64,000 nt of DNA from assembly GCA_002478565.1 (NCBI GenBank), contig DLPC01000016.1, positions 11,700 to 75,699 of the forward strand. The letters run 5' to 3'. The DNA is from Flavobacteriales bacterium UBA7468. GTDB lineage: Bacteria > Bacteroidota > Bacteroidia > Flavobacteriales_D > Crocinitomicaceae. This document shows positions 10,540 through 20,683 of this stretch, piece after piece. Each line of letters begins with the position of its first letter. Position 1 is the first letter of the stretch. Made by a program: the position numbers and the translations under genes. The notes beneath the pieces were generated by a model. That model was given only the letters and a program-made list of their open reading frames with translations, was not told the origin of the DNA and ran no database searches.

Positions 10540-11937
10540 ATGAGAACTAAATACATTGATCTAATTGATCAAACCTTTGATTTTCCACAAAACGAATTCT
10601 TCTTACGCGAAGATCGCTTGTTTTTTCACGGAATTGACTTAATGCGTTTGGTTCATGAGCACGGTACCCCGCTCAAGTTCCATTATTTACCTCAAATTTC
10701 AAATAATATTCAGCGCGCTAAAGGTTGGTTTCGAGAAGCCATCATGAACCTTGGTTACCAAGGAAACTACTATTATTCTTACTGTACCAAAAGTTCTCAT
10801 TTTGCATTCGTGCTTGATGAGGTGCTAAAAAACGATGTGCACATTGAAACCTCTTCAGCTTTTGACATCGACATTGTCAAAAGTTTACACGCGGCAGGCA
10901 AGCTCAAGCAAAAAAGTTACGTGATTTGTAATGGCTACAAACCAAAGCCATATCTCGATAATATCGCCCAGCTTATTGAAGAAGACGAATTGCGTATTGT
11001 CCCGGTAGTTGACAACATCGATGAGCTTAAGCAACTCATACAATCGACTACCAAAGAATTGAACATCGGTATTCGTATCGCTTCTGAGGAAGAGCCAAAG
11101 TTTGAGTTCTATACCTCTCGATTAGGTATTCGTTACCGAGAAATTGTTCCTTTTTACAAAGCAATTCTCAAAGAGAATCCGAGGGTGCGTGTAAAAATGC
11201 TGCATTTTTTCATCAATACGGGTATCAACGATACAGCTTATTACTGGAACGAGCTCACCAAATGTTTGCGCGTCTATTCTGACCTCAAAAAATTGTGCCC
11301 TGAGCTAGACTCCTTGAATATTGGAGGCGGCTTTCCTATCAAGAAATCGTTGGCTTTTGACTTTGATTATGCGTATATGGTCCGTGAGATCTTAACGCAA
11401 GTCAAGCGCGTCTGTCAAGACAACGATATACCGGAGCCCAATATTTTCACAGAATTCGGGTCATTTACCGTAGGCGAGAGTGGTGGCGCTATTTTCAGCG
11501 TCTTGCATCAGAAACAGCAAAATGACCGCGAGAAATGGAACATGATTGATTCCTCTTTCATGACCAACCTTCCAGATACCTGGGCTATTAACCAGCGCTT
11601 CATCATGTTACCCATCAATAGATGGAACGACGACTACGAGCGGGTACTGTTAGGCGGTTTAACTTGTGATTCCGACGACTACTACAACTCTGAGCAGCAT
11701 TCCAATGCCATCTATTTACCCAAGTTTGATAAAAACAACACCTTATTTATCGGTTTTTTCAATACAGGCGCTTACCAAGAAACTATCGGTGGATATGGGG
11801 GTTTGAAGCATTGCCTTATTCCAGAACCCAAACATATTTTGATCCGCCGTGATGAGGATGGAAAAATTCAAACGGAAGTATTTAGTAATGAGCAAACTGC
11901 ACAAGATTACCTCAAAATTTTAGGCTACGAAAAGTAA
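10540..11937 (+). CDS. type III PLP-dependent decarboxylase (arginine decarboxylase-like, Orn/DAP/Arg family)
   Basis: 465-aa ORF. Alanine-racemase-like barrel pattern (LNIGGGFPI, GGLTCDSDD) typical of the short bacteroidetal arginine decarboxylases. Confidence 0.75.
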   Translation: MRTKYIDLIDQTFDFPQNEFFLREDRLFFHGIDLMRLVHEHGTPLKFHYLPQISNNIQRAKGWFREAIMNLGYQGNYYYSYCTKSSHFAFVLDEVLKNDVHIETSSAFDIDIVKSLHAAGKLKQKSYVICNGYKPKPYLDNIAQLIEEDELRIVPVVDNIDELKQLIQSTTKELNIGIRIASEEEPKFEFYTSRLGIRYREIVPFYKAILKENPRVRVKMLHFFINTGINDTAYYWNELTKCLRVYSDLKKLCPELDSLNIGGGFPIKKSLAFDFDYAYMVREILTQVKRVCQDNDIPEPNIFTEFGSFTVGESGGAIFSVLHQKQQNDREKWNMIDSSFMTNLPDTWAINQRFIMLPINRWNDDYERVLLGGLTCDSDDYYNSEQHSNAIYLPKFDKNNTLFIGFFNTGAYQETIGGYGGLKHCLIPEPKHILIRRDEDGKIQTEVFSNEQTAQDYLKILGYEK

Positions 11938-11983
11938 GGATGTGCTTATTAGCACTATATTTGCGGACAATTTTAGAGGAAGA

Positions 11984-12349
11984 ATGAAAGTAGCGTCGAT
12001 TTATTTATTAGCAGGTCATCCATTTTCAAGTGCCATTCAAAACTGGGCAAATGTACATGCCCAAGAATTGATATTAGCCCAAGAAAAACCAGCTGATTTC
12101 TTTGAAGCGACTGATAGTCTGCTCATTTTCAATCAAAACCAAGAATTATCCGCTGAAATATTAGAGGTGAAGTCTTTGTTTGACAAACAACAAAAACCGG
12201 TACATAAAATTGATATCAACGGCACTTTGCGTGTCGGCATTACTAACTTTGAACTTTGGTTAGAAACCAATAAAGTGAAATCACTATTGATCTTGGGTTC
12301 AGAGGAATTGGTCGCTAACACCAATTTGGAGCGTTACCTTACCGCCTAA
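11984..12349 (+). CDS. hypothetical protein (121 aa)
   Basis: ORF track starts at a GTG at 11942. The ATG at 11984 (MKVASIYLLAGHP) is more plausible. The gene lies 46 nt downstream of the decarboxylase stop. No family recognised. Confidence 0.45.
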   Translation: MKVASIYLLAGHPFSSAIQNWANVHAQELILAQEKPADFFEATDSLLIFNQNQELSAEILEVKSLFDKQQKPVHKIDINGTLRVGITNFELWLETNKVKSLLILGSEELVANTNLERYLTA

Positions 12350-12360
12350 ATCTACAACAA

Positions 12361-14796
12361 TTACATTCGGACTTTCGCATTGCAGGCTTTCTCGAGCGCC
12401 TGCATGATTTGCTGCATGGCTTTTTCGATGTGCTTATCAGTCAAGGTTTGTTGGGTATCTTGTAAATAGAAAGATAGGGCATAAGACTTGAGGCCTGGCT
12501 CAATGTTTTTGCCTTCATAAACATCAAACAACTGAACATCCTGAAGTAATTTGCGCTCTGCATTGATTGCTGCTGTTTTAAGAGCGTGGTAGCTTGTTTC
12601 TTTGGAAACCAATAATGATAAATCACGTCTAACAGCAAATGATTTTGGCAATTCTTGGAAAGTAATCTTTTGCTTTTTGACTACATGCAGGAGGTCATCC
12701 CAGTTAAGTAACGCGATGTAAGGTCGTTGTTTGAGGTCAAAGGCAGTTTGAATCATATTGTTTATCCAGCCAACTGTGGCGATGGTTTTTCCATTCACTT
12801 CAAAGGAGATGCCATCTTCAAAGTGCGGGTGTTGTAGTGGCTGTTCTTGTAGGTGGCCATGTAATCCTAATCTGTCAAACAATGCTAAAACCTCGGCCTT
12901 GATATGAAAGAAATTAAACTGCCCCGATTTTTGGTCATTGTTCAGCCAGCTCTCTGAGGAATGTTGCCCTAAAAGCGCCAAAGCTAATTGCATTTTTTCT
13001 TTGCGCTTGCCATCGATAAGGTTGTAATGCTGACCAAATTCAAATATGCGCAAGTTATTTTGTTGCCTGTTTTGATTGTATTGCAAACATTCTAATAAGC
13101 CAAAAAGCATTGTTTGTCTGAGTATACCTAAATCCTGACTCAAAGGATTGAGTACTTGGATGGCTTGTTGCTGCTCAGAAATTTGAAATTTTTCAGCGTA
13201 GGAATGTTTGGAAAGCGAATTGTTTAATATTTCATTAAAGCCACGGCCAACTAAGAATTCACTACAGCTTTCTTTGTACTTTTCAGGGTAAAATGAAGCC
13301 CGAACAGGTAGTGAGAAATGCCATTTGTCGGGAAGCGGTACTTGGTTGAGACCAAAGATACGTAAAATTTCTTCAACGACATCTATTGGGCGTGTGACAT
13401 CCACACGGTATCTTGGCACAAGTAGCTTTAAAGTTTTGGAATTTTTATCTAAGATTTTAAAATCAAGATCTAATAAAATTTGCTCTACTACCGACGAATC
13501 TAAATCGGTGCCGATCAATTGATTGACTTTTGCTAAATGAAGTTCGAGCTCAATAGGAGGGTAGATAGCTCCATTATAGCTGAATAACTCACTGCTTATT
13601 TTAGCATTACTTAATTGTTGAAGTAAATAAATACAACGTTTTAAAGCATAGAGGGTTAAGTCAGGATCTACTCCGCGCTCAAAACGAAAAGAGGCGTCAG
13701 TATTAAAACCATGTAGCCGTGCAGCTTTGCGGATACTAACCGCATCAAAAACCGCAGATTCAATGAGGATTTCTTGTGTATTTTCGTTCACACCGCTGTC
13801 CTTGCCACCCATGATGCCTGCCAAGCACAGTGGCCCATTCGCATCGGCGATGAGTAGTTCAGTTCCTTCTAAAGAATAAGTTTGCTCATCGAGTGCGGTA
13901 AATTTCTCGGCTTTTGAGGCCTGGCGCACAAAGATGGTACCTTTTATTTTTTGAGCGTCAAAGATATGGAGTGGTGTTCCGAGTTCTCTCATGACGTAAT
14001 TGCTGCAGTCAACTACATTGTTGATTGGTTTGATGCCCACCGCTCTTAGTCTGCTTTGTAACCAATTTGGTGAAGGTTCGACTTTGATACCATTGAGTTG
14101 AATTGCGTAGTAAGCTTTACAAGATTCCTTATCTTTGATTTCAATTGAAAGCGCTGCGCCAACAGGGCTTATTTCAGTAACTGCGGGCCACTGGAGTTCA
14201 TTGTTTACTCGCTGGTGTAAATGCATATAGGCCTTGATGTCCCTAGCAACTCCAATGTGCCCCATCGCATCTGCGCGATTTGGTGTGAGTCCGATTTCGA
14301 GTTGTGCATCGTTTTGCAAGTTAAATAACTGTGCTGCTGGTGTACCGACTTCATGGTGTGCTTCCAATACGAGAATACCATCATGGCTAGAACCTAATCC
14401 GAGTTCATCCTCAGCGCACAGCATGCCTTCTGAAGCTATACCTCTTATTTTTGCTTTTTTAATTTCAAAAGCTTGATCCGGCTGTGGGTATAAAGTAGTA
14501 CCAACGGTAGCAACGAGTACCTTCTGACCCTGCGCTACATTTGGTGCACCACATACAATTTGAAGGGGTTCGTCAGCGCCTACATTGACAGTAGTTACTT
14601 TGAGTTTGTCTGCGTCGGGGTGTTTCTCGCAAGTCAAAACTTCTCCTACAACCACTCCTTTTAAACCTCCTTTGATGTCTTCAATATGTTCAATTCCTTC
14701 TACCTCTAAACCTGTTTCAGTGAGAACAGCATCAAGTTCTTCAGGGGTATAGCTGAAATTTAGTAAATCTTTGAGCCAGTTATAGGATACTTTCAT
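12361..14796 (-). CDS. pheT: phenylalanine--tRNA ligase beta subunit
   Basis: 811-aa ORF starting MKVSYNWLKDLL, with the tRNA-binding domain and B3/4-B5 architecture characteristic of PheT. Confidence 0.95.
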   Translation of the reverse strand: MKVSYNWLKDLLNFSYTPEELDAVLTETGLEVEGIEHIEDIKGGLKGVVVGEVLTCEKHPDADKLKVTTVNVGADEPLQIVCGAPNVAQGQKVLVATVGTTLYPQPDQAFEIKKAKIRGIASEGMLCAEDELGLGSSHDGILVLEAHHEVGTPAAQLFNLQNDAQLEIGLTPNRADAMGHIGVARDIKAYMHLHQRVNNELQWPAVTEISPVGAALSIEIKDKESCKAYYAIQLNGIKVEPSPNWLQSRLRAVGIKPINNVVDCSNYVMRELGTPLHIFDAQKIKGTIFVRQASKAEKFTALDEQTYSLEGTELLIADANGPLCLAGIMGGKDSGVNENTQEILIESAVFDAVSIRKAARLHGFNTDASFRFERGVDPDLTLYALKRCIYLLQQLSNAKISSELFSYNGAIYPPIELELHLAKVNQLIGTDLDSSVVEQILLDLDFKILDKNSKTLKLLVPRYRVDVTRPIDVVEEILRIFGLNQVPLPDKWHFSLPVRASFYPEKYKESCSEFLVGRGFNEILNNSLSKHSYAEKFQISEQQQAIQVLNPLSQDLGILRQTMLFGLLECLQYNQNRQQNNLRIFEFGQHYNLIDGKRKEKMQLALALLGQHSSESWLNNDQKSGQFNFFHIKAEVLALFDRLGLHGHLQEQPLQHPHFEDGISFEVNGKTIATVGWINNMIQTAFDLKQRPYIALLNWDDLLHVVKKQKITFQELPKSFAVRRDLSLLVSKETSYHALKTAAINAERKLLQDVQLFDVYEGKNIEPGLKSYALSFYLQDTQQTLTDKHIEKAMQQIMQALEKACNAKVRM

Positions 14797-15805
14797 GGGT
14801 AGGAATAATATTGACTTCTCGTTCTAGGGTAAGACCGAAAAGTTGTTGAATTTGTTCGATAATTTGTGTTGATAAATCTAAGATCTGCTGACCAGTACTT
14901 CCACCATAGTTCACCAAGACCAATGCTTGTTTTTCGTGAACACCACAAGGCCCAACCTTTAAGCCCTTCAAGCCAGCTTTTTCAATGAGCCAACCTGCTG
15001 CCAACTTAACCTCAGTTTCTGAAACAGGATAGAAGGAGACTTCTGGGTACTTGGCTTTAATGGTTTCAAACAACTCTAAAGAAACAACGGGGTTTTTAAA
15101 AAAACTTCCGGCATTCCCGAGAACTTTTGGGTCTGGTAGTTTTGATTGTCGGATGGCAATCACGGCATTTGAAATGTCTTGAATGCTTGGTTTGTTGATG
15201 TTTGATTTTTCAAGCTCTTGTTGAATGGCACCATAACTTGTTTTTAAGTTGGCTTGCTTGTTGAGTTTGAAGGTGACATCGATGATGATGTACTGATTTT
15301 TAAGCGCACGTTTGAATATGCTTTCGCGATAGCCAAATTGACATTGTTGGTTGTTAAATTGATGAATTTCACCAGTGGCAATATGATAAGCGCTTAGTTC
15401 GTGAAAGACGTCTTTGATTTCCACACCGTAAGCTCCAATATTTTGCATTGGGCTAGCGCCAACTGAACCAGGAATGAGCGAGAGGTTTTCGAGGCCTGCC
15501 CAGTGCTGAGCAATACAGTATAACACAAACTCGTGCCATATTTCACCGGCTCCCGACTTGACATATACAAAAGCCTCATCTTCTGCTACTTTTTCAATTC
15601 CTTTGATTTCATTGCGTAGAACCATACCTTGGAAGTCTTCGGTAAAAAGCACGTTGCTCCCACCGCCTAAAATAAGTAAAGGTAAATTGGGGTAAGCACT
15701 TAAAAGACCCGGGAGTTGTTGGGTATCGGTAAACGTCGAAAAATAAAGTGCTTTGGCTGCTATGCCAAATGTGTTGAAAGGTTTTAAATTGAGGTCGTGT
15801 TGCAT
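14780..15805 (-). CDS. murB: UDP-N-acetylenolpyruvoylglucosamine reductase
   Basis: Internal ATG at 15805 gives MQHDLNLKPFNTFGI..., a canonical MurB N-terminus. An FAD-binding block LILGGGSNVLF is present. The track's longer start at 15853 overlaps the LacI gene. Confidence 0.95.
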   Translation of the reverse strand: MQHDLNLKPFNTFGIAAKALYFSTFTDTQQLPGLLSAYPNLPLLILGGGSNVLFTEDFQGMVLRNEIKGIEKVAEDEAFVYVKSGAGEIWHEFVLYCIAQHWAGLENLSLIPGSVGASPMQNIGAYGVEIKDVFHELSAYHIATGEIHQFNNQQCQFGYRESIFKRALKNQYIIIDVTFKLNKQANLKTSYGAIQQELEKSNINKPSIQDISNAVIAIRQSKLPDPKVLGNAGSFFKNPVVSLELFETIKAKYPEVSFYPVSETEVKLAAGWLIEKAGLKGLKVGPCGVHEKQALVLVNYGGSTGQQILDLSTQIIEQIQQLFGLTLEREVNIIPTHESIL

Positions 15806-15836
15806 TTCTAGCTCAAAGTTAGAAATAAAGTATAAA

Positions 15837-16811
15837 TCAGACCTCAATGCCAAACAATTCGACGTCTATTTCAATATTTTCACTTTTATTTTGATCATCT
15901 TCTATACAACTCAAAATAAGATCAGCCGCTTTTTCACCAACTATTTTTCCGTCGTGGAAAATATAATGCAGCTGCTTGTGAAGAAAAGGCATGGTTAAAC
16001 CATCAGAGAAACCAATTACTTCAGTTTTTTTCGATAGTTTATTTTCTTTGATGGCTGTAATGATTCCTAAAAGTACTTCGTCAGAAATGCCAAAAAATGC
16101 ATTTGTTTGTTTGTTTTGGAGCTGATCAATGGTAAAATGATAGGCTGCATTCGCATCTTTTGCAAAACAGACATCGAGTTGGATGTGCGGGTCAAGCTCA
16201 CTTTCAAAGCCTAATTTTCTGTTCTTGGAAATATTCAATTCTTCTGGACCAAAAACAGCCGCAACTCTTTTGATTTTCTTCTCATTCAAATATTGCGCGC
16301 ATTTTGCAGCGGCCTCGGCATCGTTGATGTGTACTGTCGGGAAAGTATGGTTTTCAATGGTGTTATCAAAAAGAACTAATGGGATACCTAGTTTTTTACA
16401 AACGTCTAAATGTGCTAGATTTTTAGTCTGGTTACTCAATGAAAGCAGAATGCCATCGACCCGCATGTCGCAACACTGTTTTATAGCAGCAACCTCGTTG
16501 TCTAGTTCATCTTCGGTAATTAAAATAAGGGTTTGGTACTGATTTTTATTGAGCTTTTTGGTGATGCCTTCAATGACATCGGGTATGAAAGAACGGTAAA
16601 TTTTGGGTAAAATAACCGCGATAATCTTGGATTGTTTTTTTCTGAAATTGGCCGCGAAACTATTGGGTTTGAACTGTAACTCTTCAGCCAGCTGTTGTAC
16701 CCGTTGCCTTACTTCAAGGCTGATATCAGGGTGATTATTCAAGGCACGTGAAACCGTAGAGGGGCTTACTTTGAGAAAATTGGCCAAATCTTTAATTGTC
16801 ATCGGTTTCAT
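15837..16811 (-). CDS. LacI-family transcriptional regulator
   Basis: 324-aa ORF with N-terminal HTH MTIKDLANFLKVSPSTVSRALNN followed by a periplasmic-binding-protein-like sugar-binding fold. Confidence 0.9.
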   Translation of the reverse strand: MKPMTIKDLANFLKVSPSTVSRALNNHPDISLEVRQRVQQLAEELQFKPNSFAANFRKKQSKIIAVILPKIYRSFIPDVIEGITKKLNKNQYQTLILITEDELDNEVAAIKQCCDMRVDGILLSLSNQTKNLAHLDVCKKLGIPLVLFDNTIENHTFPTVHINDAEAAAKCAQYLNEKKIKRVAAVFGPEELNISKNRKLGFESELDPHIQLDVCFAKDANAAYHFTIDQLQNKQTNAFFGISDEVLLGIITAIKENKLSKKTEVIGFSDGLTMPFLHKQLHYIFHDGKIVGEKAADLILSCIEDDQNKSENIEIDVELFGIEV

Positions 16812-16869
16812 ACCTACAAGTATGCCATTTTTTTAGGACAAATCAAAAAAATGTGAAAAAGTATTCAAC

Positions 16870-16907
16870 CGCAAACGATTGCACAAACGATTGCGCAAAC
16901 GATTGCG
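16870..16907. promoter_or_regulatory. three tandem LacI-type operator half-palindromes (12-bp phase)
   Basis: GCAAACGATTGC (16871-16882), ACAAACGATTGC (16883-16894) and GCAAACGATTGC (16895-16906). Each is a near-palindrome around a central CG, like PurR/CcpA-class boxes. The array lies between the divergent LacI and TonB-receptor genes. Confidence 0.6.
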
Positions 16908-16979
16908 AGTTTTTAGAACCTTTTTCAGTGTTTTGCCAATGTTAAATTCCTATAAATTGGTCGAACCAAAACTAAAACT

Positions 16980-19436
16980 ATGGAAAACAAAAATTACTTA
17001 AATGTAAAAACCCTTGCTGGCTTGCTGATGCTCCAGTTAGGTGTTGCACAGACATCCTTTGCTCAAGTTGGCAAGGAGAAAGATTCTGTGAAAAACGTCA
17101 ATGAAGTAGTGGTAACTGGTGTGACTAATCCAAAAGCAGCACTCAGTTCATCTATTTCTATTTCTACTTTGCGCCCGGACCAAATTGAGCGTTCAGCGCC
17201 GCGTACAACCGCAGAAATTTTCCGTCAAATTCCAGGTATTCGTTCCGAATCATCTGCAGGTGACGGTAATACTAACTTATCTGTTCGTGGTGTTCCACTC
17301 GCAACAGGAGGGTCTAAGTATTTATTAATACAAGAAGACGGTTTGCCAGTTCTTCAGTTCGGTGATATCGCATTTGGTACTCAAGATCAATTTGTTCGTG
17401 CTGATGCAACCATCGGAAGAGTAGAATCAGTGCGTGGAGGATCTGCTTCTACATTAGCTTCCAATTCACCGGCTGGTATCATCAACTTTATTTCTAAAGA
17501 TGGACGCCGCGAGGGTGGATCTATTGCTACGTCAGTAGGTCTAGACTACAGAAACCTGCGCTCTGATGTAGAATACGGTACGAAAGTAGGTGATGGTCTT
17601 TACATGCACGTAGGAGGCTTCTATCGCCAAGGTGTTGGGCCAAGAGATATTGGTTTCAACGGAAATGACGGTGGTCAAATCAAAGCCAATTTATTGAAAG
17701 AGTTCGATAACGGATATGTAAAAGTATACGTCAAAGCCCTCAGAGATCATACAGCAGCTTATATGCCAATGCCGATGACGGTAAGTGGTTCAAACGAAGC
17801 ACCTGTTTGGGGTTCTGTAAATGGTTACAATGCTTTGACTGGTGGTTTACAAACGCCATTTATGTCTAACATTGTGGCATTAAACGAAGCCAACCAGCCT
17901 GAAATGGTCAATGTACACGATGGCATGACTTCCAATTACACAGCTGTAGGTACAGAGTTTAAATTTGATTTAGGCAATGACTGGACGCTTACAGGTCGTT
18001 CGCGTTATGCGGGTGTAAATGGTCGCTTTGTCGCTCCTTTCCCAGCAAACTTTGGTTCTACTGAAGCCATTGCCGGAGGTCTTGTTGGAGCAGGTAATAC
18101 CTACACAGTAACCAATCAAGACGGATCGAATTACGAAGGTGAAACATTGATGTTGATGCACTTATTTAATACTAAATTGAATAATTTCAACAACATGACC
18201 AACGATTACAATATCAACAAGAAAACTTCTTTTGGTAATTTGAATTTTGGTCTTTACCAAGCCACACAGCAATTAAATATGTCATGGTTATGGAATTCTT
18301 ACCTTATGAGTGCTGCTGACGCTGACAACGGTTATGGTCAATTGCTTGATATCAATCGCGTTGATTCAACAGGTGCTGCTACAGCGCTTACAGAAAATGG
18401 TCTTTTGGCTTATGGCGTTCCTGCATGGGGTAACTGCTGCCAACGTAACTATAATGTTGCCTATAACATTTTAGCTCCATATTTAAATGGCGATATCGAA
18501 GTATCCGATGCATTGACACTTTCACTTGGTGCACGCTATGACATGGGTACGGCAAATGGTACATACGCTGGTTCTGTGCAATCACCAATGAATGACATCA
18601 ATGGAAACGGAACTATTTCTGCTGTAGAAAACAGTGTTTCTATGATTGATAACAACAATCCAAGTGTAGTTAATTACAACTGGAATTACCTTTCTTATTC
18701 AGTTGGTGCTAACTACCAACTTGACCAATCAAGTGCTGTTTTCGCACGCTATTCAAAAGGAGGTCGTGCAGGTGCTGACCGCGTTCTTTTCGGAACCTAT
18801 TTGAACCCACAAGGTGGATTGACAGCTGCGAACAATGTTGTTGATTTCACTTCACAAGCGGAAGTAGGATACAAAATGCGTAAAAATGGTATGCTTTTAA
18901 ATGCAACTGCATTCTTCGCGCAAACAGACGAAAAGAACTTTGAAGCAACCACACAAAAATTCTTTGACCGTACTTACAACGCTGTAGGTCTTGAATTAGA
19001 AGCAGGTTATACTGTGAAAAACTTCCAGATTTACGGAAACTTGACATATACCGATGCAAAAATAGCTGCTGACGAAGTAACGCCAAGCAATGTTGGTAAG
19101 ACACCACGTCGTCAAGCTCCACTTATTTACTCAGTAACACCTGTATACAATATCACTAAAGATATTCAATTAGGTGCAAACCTTATCGGTACTGGAAGCT
19201 CTTTTGCACAAGACAACAACGAGTTGGTCATGAGTGCATACTTCTACTTGAATCCTTACATCAGTTGGTCTCCAATTGAAAACCTAAATGTGATGTTACA
19301 GTCAAATAACGTTTTAAACGCAATGGGTGTAACTGAATCAGAAGAAGGTTCAATCACTGCTGGTCAGACAAATTACGTAAGAGCTAGATCAATTGCAGGT
19401 CGTTCAACTGCAATTAGCATCCGCTACCGTTTTTAA
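16980..19436 (+). CDS. TonB-dependent receptor (no SusD partner)
   Basis: 818-aa ORF with a signal peptide ending SFAQ, a plug domain (VVVTGV...SVRGV...IQEDGLPV) and a C-terminal beta-barrel ending ISIRYRF. Confidence 0.9.
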   Translation: MENKNYLNVKTLAGLLMLQLGVAQTSFAQVGKEKDSVKNVNEVVVTGVTNPKAALSSSISISTLRPDQIERSAPRTTAEIFRQIPGIRSESSAGDGNTNLSVRGVPLATGGSKYLLIQEDGLPVLQFGDIAFGTQDQFVRADATIGRVESVRGGSASTLASNSPAGIINFISKDGRREGGSIATSVGLDYRNLRSDVEYGTKVGDGLYMHVGGFYRQGVGPRDIGFNGNDGGQIKANLLKEFDNGYVKVYVKALRDHTAAYMPMPMTVSGSNEAPVWGSVNGYNALTGGLQTPFMSNIVALNEANQPEMVNVHDGMTSNYTAVGTEFKFDLGNDWTLTGRSRYAGVNGRFVAPFPANFGSTEAIAGGLVGAGNTYTVTNQDGSNYEGETLMLMHLFNTKLNNFNNMTNDYNINKKTSFGNLNFGLYQATQQLNMSWLWNSYLMSAADADNGYGQLLDINRVDSTGAATALTENGLLAYGVPAWGNCCQRNYNVAYNILAPYLNGDIEVSDALTLSLGARYDMGTANGTYAGSVQSPMNDINGNGTISAVENSVSMIDNNNPSVVNYNWNYLSYSVGANYQLDQSSAVFARYSKGGRAGADRVLFGTYLNPQGGLTAANNVVDFTSQAEVGYKMRKNGMLLNATAFFAQTDEKNFEATTQKFFDRTYNAVGLELEAGYTVKNFQIYGNLTYTDAKIAADEVTPSNVGKTPRRQAPLIYSVTPVYNITKDIQLGANLIGTGSSFAQDNNELVMSAYFYLNPYISWSPIENLNVMLQSNNVLNAMGVTESEEGSITAGQTNYVRARSIAGRSTAISIRYRF

Positions 19437-19459
19437 AACTTTGTTTTAGAGTGAAAGAG

Positions 19460-19492
19460 ATGAGGTGTAACTTTACACCTCATTTCTTTTTT
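19460..19492 (+). terminator. hairpin plus T-run between the receptor and the hydrolase gene (terminator/attenuator)
   Basis: ATGAGGTGT (19460-19468) pairs with ACACCTCAT (19475-19483), followed by TTCTTTTTT. It ends only 12 nt before the ATG at 19505. Confidence 0.65.
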
Positions 19493-19504
19493 ATAGAGGG
19501 TCCT

Positions 19505-20683
19505 ATGTACAAAGAACAAGCTTTTCAGGTATTATCAAACAGCGCAACTGCTGCAGGTTTCTTGGCTACAGCAGTGGGCGATGAAAATTACAACAGGGTA
19601 TGGTCTAGAGATAGTGCTATCACGGCACTTGCAATCTTATTGCACGAATATGAGGCTTTGTATCCAAGCATTAAGGCCAGTATCCTCACACTCGGATCTC
19701 AGCAAAACGAATCTGGAATCATTCCGTCAAACGTTGCAATAGACCAAGACGGCAAACCGCAAACAAGCTTTGGAACCCTGGTTGGTAGGGTTGATGCCCA
19801 AACGTGGTGGATCATTCAATGTTGTTTATATATTCAAAAAACCAATGATTTTGAATTGAAAGACCGCCTCAAAGACCAAATTTTTAAAGTCTTGCAATTA
19901 CTCGATGCCTGGGAATTCAATGCGCGTGATTTGATCTATACCCCTTTAGGTGGAAACTGGGCTGATGAATATATTTTGGCCGGATATACCCTATACGATA
20001 ACTTATTGAGATATTGGGCCTTGTTGCTGTGTCAGCAATGTTGGCCTTCCGAAGCATTGCTTTCAACTAAGATCACTAGTGTATATGAGGCTATTTTAGC
20101 AAATTTCAGTATCGACGGAAGAGAGATTACAAAGAAAACGATTCATCCAAGGATATTTACTGCACTTCAACACAAAAAAATCTATTATTTACCTGCGTGT
20201 TTCGATGCCGCACAATATAACATGCAATGGGATGCCGCTGCCAATGGTTTGGCATTATTACTGGGTTTTGAGAATCCTCAAATTCTTCCTTTTATAGAGC
20301 AATTCGCACGTGTCGATCAACGCCTAGTCATCCCCTCATTTTGGCCTGTTATTCAAAAACAAGATGCAGCATGGTCCTTACTTGAAAATCAATACAATTA
20401 TTCATTCAAAAACGAACCCTATCATTTTCATAATGGTGGTTCATGGCCAGTTATGTCAGGTATATTGGCAATGGGTATCCAATCAATTGCGCCGAAAACT
20501 ACCCGGCAAATTGAGAGCACCTATGAAGGGTATCTCGCCGAGCAGGATGGTTTTAGGTTCTCAGAATATATTTCTATGAATGAACTGAAACCAGGAGGCA
20601 AACAACAAATGTGTTTTTCTGCTTCGGGCTACTTATTTATGTGCGCAACACCAGCGCAAATCAAAACTGTTTTTTCGATATGA
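19505..20683 (+). CDS. GH100-like (alkaline/neutral invertase family) glycoside hydrolase
   Basis: Start moved to the ATG at 19505 because the track's start at 19451 lies inside the hairpin. The blocks NYNRVWSRDSAITALAIL, GRVDAQTWWII, PYHFHNGGSWP and FSASGYLF parallel the conserved blocks of plant/cyanobacterial neutral invertases. Confidence 0.6.
   Translation: MYKEQAFQVLSNSATAAGFLATAVGDENYNRVWSRDSAITALAILLHEYEALYPSIKASILTLGSQQNESGIIPSNVAIDQDGKPQTSFGTLVGRVDAQTWWIIQCCLYIQKTNDFELKDRLKDQIFKVLQLLDAWEFNARDLIYTPLGGNWADEYILAGYTLYDNLLRYWALLLCQQCWPSEALLSTKITSVYEAILANFSIDGREITKKTIHPRIFTALQHKKIYYLPACFDAAQYNMQWDAAANGLALLLGFENPQILPFIEQFARVDQRLVIPSFWPVIQKQDAAWSLLENQYNYSFKNEPYHFHNGGSWPVMSGILAMGIQSIAPKTTRQIESTYEGYLAEQDGFRFSEYISMNELKPGGKQQMCFSASGYLFMCATPAQIKTVFSI

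Noticed and set aside
16183-16542. 119-aa plus-strand ORF
   Set aside because: It is antisense to the LacI-family gene, with no start context or family resemblance.
16871-16906. Tandem 12-bp repeat considered as a CRISPR array or minisatellite
   Set aside because: There are no spacers, only three units, each unit is palindromic around CG, and the array lies between a LacI gene and its target. It is interpreted as operators instead.
19451-19504. N-terminal extension of the hydrolase ORF (MKEMRCNFTPHFFFIEGP)
   Set aside because: These codons are the two arms and the T-run of the terminator-like hairpin. The ATG at 19505 is the plausible start.
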